NCBI GenBank assembly: GCA_965203555.1
Contig: CBDBCY010000004.1
Span: 2,848,001 to 2,912,000, forward strand
Reading direction: 5' to 3'
Source: Acidimicrobiia bacterium
Lineage (GTDB): Bacteria; Actinomycetota; Acidimicrobiia; Spongiisociales; ZC4RG35
Length of the DNA stretch: 64,000 nt
Part shown: in pieces, positions 39,347 through 48,384 of the stretch
Layout: each line of letters begins with the position of its first letter
How positions within the stretch are numbered: position 1 is the stretch's first letter
Notes under the pieces: generated by a model
What the model was told of the DNA's origin: nothing
Seen by the model: the letters and a program-made list of their open reading frames with translations, nothing else
Databases searched by the model: none
Program-made: the position numbers and the translations under genes

Positions 39347-39922
39347 ATGGGCAGGTCCACGAGACTATTCACGATATGCGTTATCTTCGCGTTCGTATCG
39401 GTTGTTTCATCGGCCTGCGGCAGCGATGACGATCCGGCGTTGGTCACCACCACCTCCCGGGTGGTCACCACCAGCGCCTCCACCACCACCGCTCCCGAGC
39501 TTGAAACGACCACCACTGCGCCGGCTTCCGCCACGGTCACAGAGCCGGAGGAGACCGCTGGGGACGCTTCCGACACGGAAACGGATCCCTTGGAGGACAA
39601 CGAGATCTTCTATCGGGTGGTCCGCCAGGAGTCGACCCGCGACGGCAACCGTTTGTTCCTGGAGGTCCCCCCGGGCAGCTACACCGATGTCGACCTTGAG
39701 AACCTGGTGCTGTCGGTGTTCGAGGAGCGCGATGACCTCTACGAATTGCACGTCTTCGACAACCGCGAGGCGGTGGAGGCGTTGGTCAAGGCAGAGAACG
39801 AGCGGACCCCCGATGATGCCGAACTGCTGGACCGCCACTACCTGATAAGTGTCCTGGAAGGTTCAATCCTCCGATTCCAGGGTCCCTTCGCCAACCTGGA
39901 AGGATTCATAATCGGCTCCTAG
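39347..39922 (+). CDS. lipoprotein of unknown function
   Basis: Lipobox SSAC, Thr-rich linker. Confidence 0.75.
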   Translation: MGRSTRLFTICVIFAFVSVVSSACGSDDDPALVTTTSRVVTTSASTTTAPELETTTTAPASATVTEPEETAGDASDTETDPLEDNEIFYRVVRQESTRDGNRLFLEVPPGSYTDVDLENLVLSVFEERDDLYELHVFDNREAVEALVKAENERTPDDAELLDRHYLISVLEGSILRFQGPFANLEGFIIGS

Positions 39923-39924
39923 AA

Positions 39925-40345
39925 CGGCAAGCTCTAGTGGCTGCTCGTCAGGGCATTGTACGGGTCGTGGGGGCTGTTCCATGTGCAGTCGTTGTGGCAA
40001 TTTGCTGAGGGTCAGACCCGCCCCAGGGGCACCTATAAGTATGAGTGGTTGGTGCTTTTGGTAGCCATCGGGAAGGGCGGCCGGCAGAGTGTGCCGGGTT
40101 GTGTGTTTGGTGAGCGTGACAACCGCGGAGCGGTTGCGGGCGCCGATAATCAGATCGCTTTTCCGAATGGCCCGGTTCGAGGCGTTCGGTGATGCCGGGG
40201 GACGTTCGGCGATGGGCCGTGTGTTCCCCAGCGGTTGATATTTTACCGGCTCACAGTGGTTGCGCGGGCTTCCGCCGCCACGAACGGGCTGCCAGTCCCC
40301 GCTGACTACAAGGCTCAAACATACCTGATAGATGGCCTCCGCGCA
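39925..40345 (-). mobile_element. IS30-family remnant
   Basis: DLIIGARNRSAVVTL..TTRHTL..LPDGY; IS30-like end GGCAAGCTCTAGTGG. Confidence 0.7.
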
Positions 40346-40436
40346 CACCCTTTGCTCCGAAGACATTCGGATCCAGACCGGATGTGATCCTTAATGCTTT
40401 GTGCACCGGTTAGCAAAAGTAAACTGACCTTCGGTT

Positions 40437-42479
40437 TTGACAAAGTCACTTGTCCTTGCGTTTTGCCTTGCAACGATATCCATGCCTTTTCATGGTTCTT
40501 TCGGCCAGGCGGTTGAAATCACTTCCCAGACGGTGCAAAGTGATGAACGGCAACTCTCAGATCGAGGCAATGGGGTGTGGGAAGCCGTCATGACAGTGGG
40601 AAACGACGGAGGTTTTCTCGGGTACGTCGAGCTTCTGGCGGGTTTCCTGACCGACAGCGAATTTTCATGGCAGGGGGAGTCCTACACAGTGACGGGCATG
40701 GTTCTGGTTGAACGGGGAGGGGGCTCCACCGGCGGAGTGGACTCAGGATCCTACAATATCAGCCTCTACTTCTCGCCCGGTCTCCCGGACGGATTCGGCA
40801 GCCTGCGCCTTCAGATAGGCGATGTGGGACTCAATCTTGCGGACGGGAGAGTGGATTCGCGTCACTATTCGTGGGTTGGCGTGGACCTGGAATGGCGGCT
40901 CGGCCAGACGGTTCCCTTGAGCCTCAGGGAATACCCACCGCTCTTTGAGCCTCGTGCAATCGATGGACGAGGAAACCATCTGAATAACGTCACATGGGGC
41001 ATGGCACGCACGGGTCTTCTGAGGAAGGGTCCGAACTCCTATTCGGACGGCGTATCAACACCTCCTACCTCGCGGCCGAATCCCCGCACCGTTAGCAACA
41101 TGGTGTTTTCCCAAGAACGGCCCGTGTTCAATTCCCTGCAGGCCAGTGACATGGTCTGGCAGTGGGGACAATTCGTGGACCACGACATCAGCCTGAGTCC
41201 AACCAACATGCAAGAACCTTTCCCAATTGCAGTTCCGCAATGGGATCGAGTCTTCGATCCCGACGGAACCGGCAAGGCCTCCATCCCCCTTGATCGTTCT
41301 GTATTCGATCCTGCAACCGGGACCGGTTCGCACAATCCCAGGCGACAGCTCAACGTGGTAACCGCCTTTCTGGACGGCTCGCAAGTGTACGGCTCGGATT
41401 GGCATCGGGCACACTCGCTCCGTGCCAATGACGGCACCGGAAAACTCAAGACATCACACCAGGGACAATTCCTGCCCTATAACGAAGACAAACTGGAGAA
41501 TGAAGGGGGCAGAAATCGGGAGGGCCTGTACGTCGCGGGTGATTTGCGAGTCAATGAGCAGGTAGGGCTTATCGCTATGCATACCCTGTTCGTGCGAGAG
41601 CACAACCGCCTTGCTGATCTTATCGCCGAACAGCATCCGGATCTAAGCGGAGAAGAGATATATCAGGCGGCTCGCAAAATGGTTGGCGCCTATATCCAAG
41701 CCATCACCTTCAACGAGTTTCTGCCTCTGCTGTTAGGTCCCGATGCTATAGGCCCGTACGCGGGATACGACCCGGACGTTGATCCGACTATTGCCAGCGA
41801 ATTCTCAGCAGCGGCATATCGAGTCGGACACACGTTGCTTTCTCCCGACCTTTCGATCCGGAGCCGTAGCGGAGAGACAGAAAAGATAAACCTTGCCGAA
41901 GCGTTCTTCAATCCTTCCCTTGTCAGAGATCGCGGTATCTCCGTGTTCCTACGAGGGCTAGCCGCTCAAAGGGCTCAGGAAGTGGATGCGAAGATGGTAG
42001 ACGAAGTCCGAAACCTGCTCCTGAGAGGACCGGAAGGTCCAACTTTCGATCTGGTGGCCCTCAACATCCAAAGAGGTCGTGATCACGGACTGGCTGATTT
42101 CAATACTGTGCGGGGCGCTTACGGCTTGGCGCCGCTCACCTCCTTTGCCGACCTGTCGTCCCAACTCCGTGTTCAGCACGCTCTCAGGCTGGCATACGGC
42201 GCCATTCACGAATTGGACCTCTGGCCGGGCGCATTGGCAGAAGATCCCTTACCCGGAGCGGCCGTCGGAGAGACCCTCCACACCATAATCCTGGACCAGT
42301 TCCGCCGGCTCCGTGACGGAGATCGGTTCTGGTTCGAGCATGACCCCTACTTCGTGACCAACCCCAAACTCCTGAAGGAAATTCGCACAACCACTCTGGC
42401 CGACATCATCCGTCGCAATACGCCCATCGCAGAAGAAATCTCTGACAACGTGTTCAAGGCCGTCTCGAACGTCGGCTAG
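40437..42479 (+). CDS. secreted animal-type heme peroxidase (peroxidase-cyclooxygenase superfamily) with N-terminal beta-rich domain
   Basis: QWGQFVDHD, TAFLDGSQVYG, AGDLRVNE, AYRVGH, LNIQRGRDHG, GDRFWFE. Confidence 0.9.
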   Translation: MTKSLVLAFCLATISMPFHGSFGQAVEITSQTVQSDERQLSDRGNGVWEAVMTVGNDGGFLGYVELLAGFLTDSEFSWQGESYTVTGMVLVERGGGSTGGVDSGSYNISLYFSPGLPDGFGSLRLQIGDVGLNLADGRVDSRHYSWVGVDLEWRLGQTVPLSLREYPPLFEPRAIDGRGNHLNNVTWGMARTGLLRKGPNSYSDGVSTPPTSRPNPRTVSNMVFSQERPVFNSLQASDMVWQWGQFVDHDISLSPTNMQEPFPIAVPQWDRVFDPDGTGKASIPLDRSVFDPATGTGSHNPRRQLNVVTAFLDGSQVYGSDWHRAHSLRANDGTGKLKTSHQGQFLPYNEDKLENEGGRNREGLYVAGDLRVNEQVGLIAMHTLFVREHNRLADLIAEQHPDLSGEEIYQAARKMVGAYIQAITFNEFLPLLLGPDAIGPYAGYDPDVDPTIASEFSAAAYRVGHTLLSPDLSIRSRSGETEKINLAEAFFNPSLVRDRGISVFLRGLAAQRAQEVDAKMVDEVRNLLLRGPEGPTFDLVALNIQRGRDHGLADFNTVRGAYGLAPLTSFADLSSQLRVQHALRLAYGAIHELDLWPGALAEDPLPGAAVGETLHTIILDQFRRLRDGDRFWFEHDPYFVTNPKLLKEIRTTTLADIIRRNTPIAEEISDNVFKAVSNVG

Positions 42480-42485
42480 GACAGG

Positions 42486-42620
42486 CTAGGAGGCTGCTGA
42501 GTATTTCTGATCGTTCGTTGGGTGGCTGTGTGAGGTGGATTCGCTTTGCTTTTGTGTTTTCAGGGTTGGAGTTGATGAAAGATCAAGGTTTTAGGGGCGA
42601 ATAGTCAGGGGTTTTTCGCG
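42486..42620 (+). mobile_element. solo IS end related to the IS1182-like element
   Basis: CTAG-GAGGCTGCTGAGTATT is identical to the reverse complement of the right end at 25937-25956. Confidence 0.75.
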
Positions 42621-42627
42621 AGTTGGC

Positions 42628-44031
42628 TCACAGCAGCACGGCGGCCACCATCAAAAAACCCCCGAATCCCACCACGTCGGTGATCAGGGTCAGGAAGATG
42701 CTGGAGGCGAGGGCCGGGTCGAATCCCAGCCTGCGAAGCGCCACGGGAATGCCGGTTCCGGCCAGGGTGGCGATGGCCAGGTTGGCCAGAGCCGCCACGC
42801 CCACCACGGGCGCCACCTTCGAGGCGCCGAAATTGGATGAAAACACGTCCAGTGACAAAAGCGCCACGGTGAGGACCATGGCGGCCACCGCCAGGAAGGC
42901 GCCGTTCAGCAGTCCGATCCCCAGTTGGCGTCTGAGCACCGCCCAAATCCGGGCCCGGGGAAGGTCGCCGATCGCCATGGAGCGGATCACCACCGCCAGG
43001 CTCTGCACGCCTCCGTTGCCGCCCAGAAGCGCCACGACCGGCATCAGCGCCGCCAGCACCGGCTCAGCCGAGATGACCCCGGTCTGCCGCTCGATCACGA
43101 ACGCCACGAGCAGGGCCAACAGCAAATTGAGGCTGAGCCAGGGAAGGCGCATCCGCACCGAGGCGAGCACGCCGGTGTGGATGGTCTCCTCAGCGCCGGC
43201 GCCCACCGAGGCGGCAAAGTCCTCCGACGCCTCCGCCTGCACGGCGTCGATCACCTCGTCATAGGTCACCATCCCCTGCAGATGCCCCAGATCGTCCACC
43301 ACCGGCAGCCCCACCAGCCGGTAGCGCTGCATCAGTTCCGAGACCTCTTCGCGGTCGGCGGTGAGATGAACGGCCACCGGACTGGCTTCCATAGCCTCGT
43401 CCATTCCCACCGAGGGTCGCACGAACACCAGGTCCCGGAAGGAGACCACCCCGCGCAGTACCCCGAAGTCATCGGTGATGTAGACGTAGGTGAGGTCCTC
43501 CACCGTTTCCCGGATGGTGCGTATCCGTTCGATGGCCTCTCCGGCGGTCAGCCCCACCGGCAGGACCGCCACGTCAGTGGTCATGAGACCGCCGGCAGTG
43601 TCCGGCGGGTAGCGGAACAACTTGCTGACTTCGGTGCCGGACGGGTCTCCCATCAGGTCGATCAGGGCGGACACCGTCTCGGTCGGCATCTTCTCCAAGA
43701 TGTCCACCGCTTCCTCTGACGGCATCTCCTCCAGAACCGAGGCGGCTTCCAGCGACGGCAGTTCTTCCAGCAGGGTGGCGGCCAGTTCGTCGCGAAGTTC
43801 TTCCAGCACCGAGGCGCTGTGCTGGCGGTCGAGCAGGCTTAGAAGCTCCCCGGCTGTCTCCGCAGAGACCGATTCCAAGATGTCCGCCACGTCATGGGGA
43901 GATGCCTGGGCCAGGGCTATCCACATCTCAGTGTTGGCGCCCAGGTACTCCTCGACTTCGGTGGGGCGAAGGCGGGCGGCGCGCCGCAGGCGCTGGGCCA
44001 GTTCTCGGGGACGACGCGGTCTAAGTCTCAT
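42628..44031 (-). CDS. mgtE: magnesium transporter
   Basis: YPPDTAGGLMT, CBS pair, RLPWL, GGNGGVQS, DPALASS..TLITDVVG. Confidence 0.95.
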   Translation of the reverse strand: MRLRPRRPRELAQRLRRAARLRPTEVEEYLGANTEMWIALAQASPHDVADILESVSAETAGELLSLLDRQHSASVLEELRDELAATLLEELPSLEAASVLEEMPSEEAVDILEKMPTETVSALIDLMGDPSGTEVSKLFRYPPDTAGGLMTTDVAVLPVGLTAGEAIERIRTIRETVEDLTYVYITDDFGVLRGVVSFRDLVFVRPSVGMDEAMEASPVAVHLTADREEVSELMQRYRLVGLPVVDDLGHLQGMVTYDEVIDAVQAEASEDFAASVGAGAEETIHTGVLASVRMRLPWLSLNLLLALLVAFVIERQTGVISAEPVLAALMPVVALLGGNGGVQSLAVVIRSMAIGDLPRARIWAVLRRQLGIGLLNGAFLAVAAMVLTVALLSLDVFSSNFGASKVAPVVGVAALANLAIATLAGTGIPVALRRLGFDPALASSIFLTLITDVVGFGGFLMVAAVLL

Positions 44032-44134
44032 TGCTCTGCAAGATTACGGATTCACAAGCCAAAACCGCAGTTGTCAGGTCTGCGCCTGCTCTGATCGTCC
44101 GGGGCGCCGGCGCCCCGCTGCGGGGGATCCGCAG

Positions 44135-44614
44135 CTACCCGGAAAAGGGGCGGATTGAGGTCACCTTCACCTGGAACCGTCCTCCGGGGGCCTCATAGGT
44201 GACCAGATCGCCGGGAGATCTGGATAGCACCGCGTTGCCGAGAGGACTGCCGGGCGAGACCACCAAACGCGCCGAACCGCGGTTCTCGGCCGGGGCCAGC
44301 AGGAATTCCATCTCGTCGCCGTCACTGTCGACCACGGTCACCATCGACCCGACCTCCACCCGGCCGGTGTCATTTACCTCTCGGACTTTGGCGTCTCGGA
44401 GAACCTGCTCGAGGTGAGCGATCCTGGCCTCCATCATGCCCTGCTCGTCCTTGGCGGCGTGATAGTCGGCATTCTCACGGATGTCTCCGTGGGCGCGGGC
44501 CTCGGCGATCCGATCGGATATCTCGATCCGCTTGGGTCCCTTCAAGTCGGCCAGTTCGGCGGTGAGGCGCTGATGGGCGTCGGGAGTGAGAAAAACGCTG
44601 GCTGTTTCGGTCAT
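44135..44614 (-). CDS. greA: transcription elongation factor GreA
   Basis: ARAHGDIRENADYHAAK, SPGSPLG. Confidence 0.95.
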   Translation of the reverse strand: MTETASVFLTPDAHQRLTAELADLKGPKRIEISDRIAEARAHGDIRENADYHAAKDEQGMMEARIAHLEQVLRDAKVREVNDTGRVEVGSMVTVVDSDGDEMEFLLAPAENRGSARLVVSPGSPLGNAVLSRSPGDLVTYEAPGGRFQVKVTSIRPFSG

Positions 44615-44734
44615 CACCCCCAAGGATATCGCTTTGATGACCGGTTCCGTCCGCCGATACCGGTCCGGCGGGAAGGGAGTTCGACAAGGTGGCGGATGAA
44701 GGATTGTTCAAGCGGGATTGGTAGCTTTGTTGTG

Positions 44735-45767
44735 ATGGAAATCAAGCTGACCAGCTTCAGTCACGGCGCCGGTTGAGGCTGCAAACTCGGCTCGGCCGAG
44801 TTGGCGCAGGTGCTGCGCCCCCTGCAGGATCATCCCGCCTTCTCCTCTCCCAGGCTGCTGGTGGGGGTGGAGACCCTGGACGACGCGGGCGTATATCGCC
44901 TGTCGGACGAACGCGCCCTGATTCACACGGTCGACTTCTTCACTCCGGTGGTGGACGATCCCCGCGCCTGGGGGCGGATCGCCGCCGCCAATGCGTTGTC
45001 GGATGTCTACGCCATGGGCGGGACGCCGCTCACCGCCCTGCAATTGATGTGCTGGCCGTCGGGGGACCTCTCCCTGCAGATACTCGGAGAGGTGGCCTCG
45101 GGGGGAGCGGAAAAGATGGCCGAGGCGGGATGCACGGTGGTGGGAGGGCACACCATTGACGATCGGGAGCCCAAGTACGGGTTCGCGGTCACCGGAATCG
45201 CCCCGCCGGGGGAAATCATCACCAATTCCCAGGCCTGTCCGGGCGATCGCCTGGTGCTGACCAAGCCGCTGGGCACCGGTATTGTCACCACCGCTCACAA
45301 GGCCGACCAATGCCCTCCGGAGGTGCTGTCTCGGGCGGTGGAGGAGATGAGCGCCCTCAATGCCGGCGCCTGCCGCGCGATGGTCTCGGTAGGCGTTTCG
45401 GCCGCCACCGATGTCACCGGGTACGGTCTGGCCGGGCACCTTCTCTCCATGCTCCGCGCTTCGGGTGTGGGGGCCCGGGTTGAGACCGGCAGGCTTCCGC
45501 TTCTTCCCGGCGCAATCGAGTTGCTTGCCGCCGGACACTACCCGGGAGGCAGTATTCGCAACATGGGGGCGGCGGGGCCCGGGCTGCGGGGAGGTGACGA
45601 GACCTACCGGCGTCTGGCGTGCGACGCTCAGACCAGCGGCGGCCTGCTCATCTCGGTTCCCCTCATCGGGGGTCGAGCCGCTCTTGGCCCGGCTGGGCGA
45701 GGAAGGGGTGAGTCCGGCCGTGATCGGAGAGGTGGTCGAGGGCGAACCCCGGATCGAGCTCGAGTAA
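44735..45767 (+). CDS. selD: selenide, water dikinase with Sec at UGA 44774-44776; apparent frameshift near 45660
   Basis: MEIKLTSFSHGAG-UGA-GCKL in frame with DDAGVY, TVDFFTP, ANALSDVYAMGG, TDVTGYGLAGH, DAQTSGGLL; C-terminus AVIGEVVEG lies in a shifted frame. Confidence 0.9.
44779..44809 (+). promoter_or_regulatory. putative bacterial SECIS hairpin
   Basis: AACTCGGC-TCG-GCCGAGTT stem starting 8 nt after the UGA. Confidence 0.6.
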
Positions 45768-45776
45768 ATCGTCGGG

Positions 45777-46952
45777 TTAGTGCAGGACCGCCTGCAGGCC
45801 GGGCCTGAATTTCTCCGGTTCGAGCAAAAAGGCGTCGTGTCCCTTGTCGGAGTGGACGGTATGCCACAGCACCGGCACCCCCACTGCGTTGAGTTGCCTG
45901 ACCATATATTCCTGCTCGTCGGGATAGAAACATACGTCCGAGTCGATGGTGAACACCATCCACTGCTGGTTGCGGCAGCGGCTCAACACCTCCGCGATGT
46001 TCTGCCCGCCGACTTCTCGGAGCAGATCGAACTTCTGCCAGACCCGGACCACCCGCAGATAGGTGTTGGCGTCGAATCGTTCTATGAACTTTTGTCCCTG
46101 GTGCAGCATGTAGGACTCCATGGGATGCTGTACCCGGAATCCGGCCAGGTATTCGCGGTGAATGATCTCTTTGCGGATGCGCTCCCGAAAGGCGGACAGG
46201 GAGACAAAGGTCTTGTGGCCGATCATCCGGGCCAGCGCCAGTCCCAGGTCGGGCGCAGGGCCGTCGTAGAAGTCGCCGCCCCGGAAATGGGGGTCGGCGA
46301 TGATGGCGAACATCTGCTCGAAATTGTGGATCACCTGCAGGGTGGTCACCCCCAGACCCGCGGCGATGGGAATTACCACCTTCACCCGGTCCGGATAGCG
46401 TGTTCCCATCACCAACGCCATCAGGCCGCCCACCGAGCCTCCGGTGCAGGCGTGGATCCGCTCGATGCCGAGCTTGTCCAACAGTTGCACCTGGGAGTCG
46501 ACGATGTCGGTGATGGTGAGGTTGGGGAAAGCCGATCCGTACGGCCGGCCGGTGGCGGGGTTGATCGAAGACGGGCCGGTGGAACCGTAGCACCCGCCCA
46601 GATAGTTGACGCACATGACGGCATACCGGTCGGTGTCGAGAGCCAGTCCGGGTCCGATGAATCCCTCCCACCAGCCCACCTGCATCTCTTCGGTCCACTT
46701 CCCGCCCACCCCCGGCACCGACTCGGTGAATCCATGGGCATGCTGGCTTCCGGTGAGAGCGTGGAACACCAGGATGACATTGTCCCGGGTTTCGTTGAGT
46801 TCTCCGTACATCTCGTAGGCGAGGGTCACTTGGGGGATCTTCTTGCCGCTCAGAGTGGTGAAGGGACCGTCCAGTTGCACGAACCGGGTCTCGGTGCGGG
46901 GCAGGTTCGCATGTGCGTCTTCGGCGGGTGGGCGGGGGGCGCTGATTGTCAC
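45777..46952 (-). CDS. metX: homoserine O-acetyltransferase (GTG 46952 after AAAGGAG, or ATG 46970)
   Basis: HALTGS, GGCYGSTGP, GGSVGG, RFDANTY, KGHDAFL. Confidence 0.92.
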   Translation of the reverse strand: MTISAPRPPAEDAHANLPRTETRFVQLDGPFTTLSGKKIPQVTLAYEMYGELNETRDNVILVFHALTGSQHAHGFTESVPGVGGKWTEEMQVGWWEGFIGPGLALDTDRYAVMCVNYLGGCYGSTGPSSINPATGRPYGSAFPNLTITDIVDSQVQLLDKLGIERIHACTGGSVGGLMALVMGTRYPDRVKVVIPIAAGLGVTTLQVIHNFEQMFAIIADPHFRGGDFYDGPAPDLGLALARMIGHKTFVSLSAFRERIRKEIIHREYLAGFRVQHPMESYMLHQGQKFIERFDANTYLRVVRVWQKFDLLREVGGQNIAEVLSRCRNQQWMVFTIDSDVCFYPDEQEYMVRQLNAVGVPVLWHTVHSDKGHDAFLLEPEKFRPGLQAVLH

Positions 46953-46964
46953 CGACTCTCCTTT

Positions 46965-47054
46965 ACTCATCGGTCAGGCGTTGGCACCGTGCCGGGGATC
47001 CGACCGGTTGCCGCGGTTTCGCGGGGCCTGATCCCTCCACCGCTCTGGATGAGC
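46965..47054 (-). ncRNA. SAM-I (S-box) riboswitch, short form lacking P4
   Basis: GCTCATCCAGAGCGGTGGAGGGA..GGCCC..GAAACCGCGGCAACC..GGTGCCAA..GATGAGT upstream of metX. Confidence 0.9.
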
Positions 47055-47076
47055 GTCTGGTGACGCTACCGGACCC

Positions 47077-47105
47077 ATTTTGGCAGAAGTCTTCGTGAAA
47101 TTCAA
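47077..47105 (-). promoter_or_regulatory. putative sigma-A promoter for riboswitch-metX
   Basis: TTGAAT-17 bp-CAAAAT with TGn extension. Confidence 0.5.
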
Positions 47106-47209
47106 CCCCAAGACTGGAAACCGAACCGGTCTGACAGCCTTACCCCGCAACTCGCGCAGGGAGTGGGCGCTTTCTCCCGCCCCGTGGACCAGGACCGCCC
47201 GGACCGGCC

Positions 47210-48334
47210 TTAGAACATTTGCGGCTGGTTGCTGACCCAGACGGTGTTTCCTTCGGGATCCTTCACGCCCGTCATATCGATCGGCAGGCCGCTTCGGCGA
47301 GCAGGCATGTTTATGACGGAAAGACCCTGGGCGGCCAGATAGGTCCTCCACCCACTCATGTCGTCGGCCCACAGCACGATGTCGGCGCCTCCGGTCGCGG
47401 GCGAGTCGGGATGGCTCTTGCGAAGGATCAGATAGGAGCCGCCGATCGCCATCCACACCTGTCCGCGGGTGGCCATGTGAGGAGCGGCGACTTCCTGCAG
47501 ACCCAGAGCCTTGCTGTAGAAGCGGGACATCCTCTCCAAGTCGTTGGCCCAAAGAATCATGTTCATTCCTCCCCGCGGACTGAGAGAGGGTATCTCCTGG
47601 CCGGCCATGACGGTTTGCTTGGCGTCGGCCAGGCTGAACCGGCCGACCGTGACCTCCCGGCCGACGATCACCCCGGCAAGCTTGCGGCCTTCCACCGCCA
47701 GCCGGCTCAGGGTCCGCAGGTCCTCCAGTGTCCCCACGCCGCCCGCCACGATCACCGGCTCGGGCACCAATTCCAGCGCCTCGGCGTAGATGTCCAGATC
47801 GAGCGGCTCGGTCAGCGGATTGCGCCCCGCTTCGGCCACCAGGAAAGCAGCCACTCCCGCCGAGGACATCTCCAGCATCACCTCCTCCAGGTACCGGCCG
47901 CTTCGTTCCGTGAAGCCCTGGGTGACGATCTCCTGGTCGGGCCGCACATCGATGGAGACCACGATCTTGTTCGGGTAATCCCGGCACAGATCCCAGATCA
48001 TGATCTGGTCTTCGATGGCGGCGGTCCCCATCACCACTCTCCAAGCGCCGTTTCTGAGCAGCCGTATCGCCTCGAGGTGGGAGCGTACCCCACCCGCCAC
48101 CTGCACGGGCGTATCGAGTTCGGCGATGATCTCATCGATCAGCGGGCGGTTCTGATAGTCGCCCAAAGCAGCGGCGTTGAGGTCGACCACATGAAGAAAA
48201 TCGGCGCCCTGCCGGGCCCAACTGCGGGCCCGGTTGAGGGGGTCGTTGTCCAAGATGATGGCTTCGGTGACATCCAGCGCCGGAAGACGGACCGATCTTC
48301 CTCCCAGAATGTTGATCCGACCGTAGACGTCCAT
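47210..48334 (-). CDS. HisA/PriA-fold protein fused to a C-terminal VOC (glyoxalase-like) domain (alternative start 48388)
   Basis: GGRSVRL, LHVVDL, QVAGGVRS, VVMGTAA, VSIDV, VAGGVG; then DLERMSRFYSKALGL..KDPEGN. Confidence 0.8.
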   Translation of the reverse strand: MDVYGRINILGGRSVRLPALDVTEAIILDNDPLNRARSWARQGADFLHVVDLNAAALGDYQNRPLIDEIIAELDTPVQVAGGVRSHLEAIRLLRNGAWRVVMGTAAIEDQIMIWDLCRDYPNKIVVSIDVRPDQEIVTQGFTERSGRYLEEVMLEMSSAGVAAFLVAEAGRNPLTEPLDLDIYAEALELVPEPVIVAGGVGTLEDLRTLSRLAVEGRKLAGVIVGREVTVGRFSLADAKQTVMAGQEIPSLSPRGGMNMILWANDLERMSRFYSKALGLQEVAAPHMATRGQVWMAIGGSYLILRKSHPDSPATGGADIVLWADDMSGWRTYLAAQGLSVINMPARRSGLPIDMTGVKDPEGNTVWVSNQPQMF

Positions 48335-48384
48335 CCGGTAAGGATACCTCCGCGTCAGCACCTCTGAGATCGGGCGCCAGGCTG

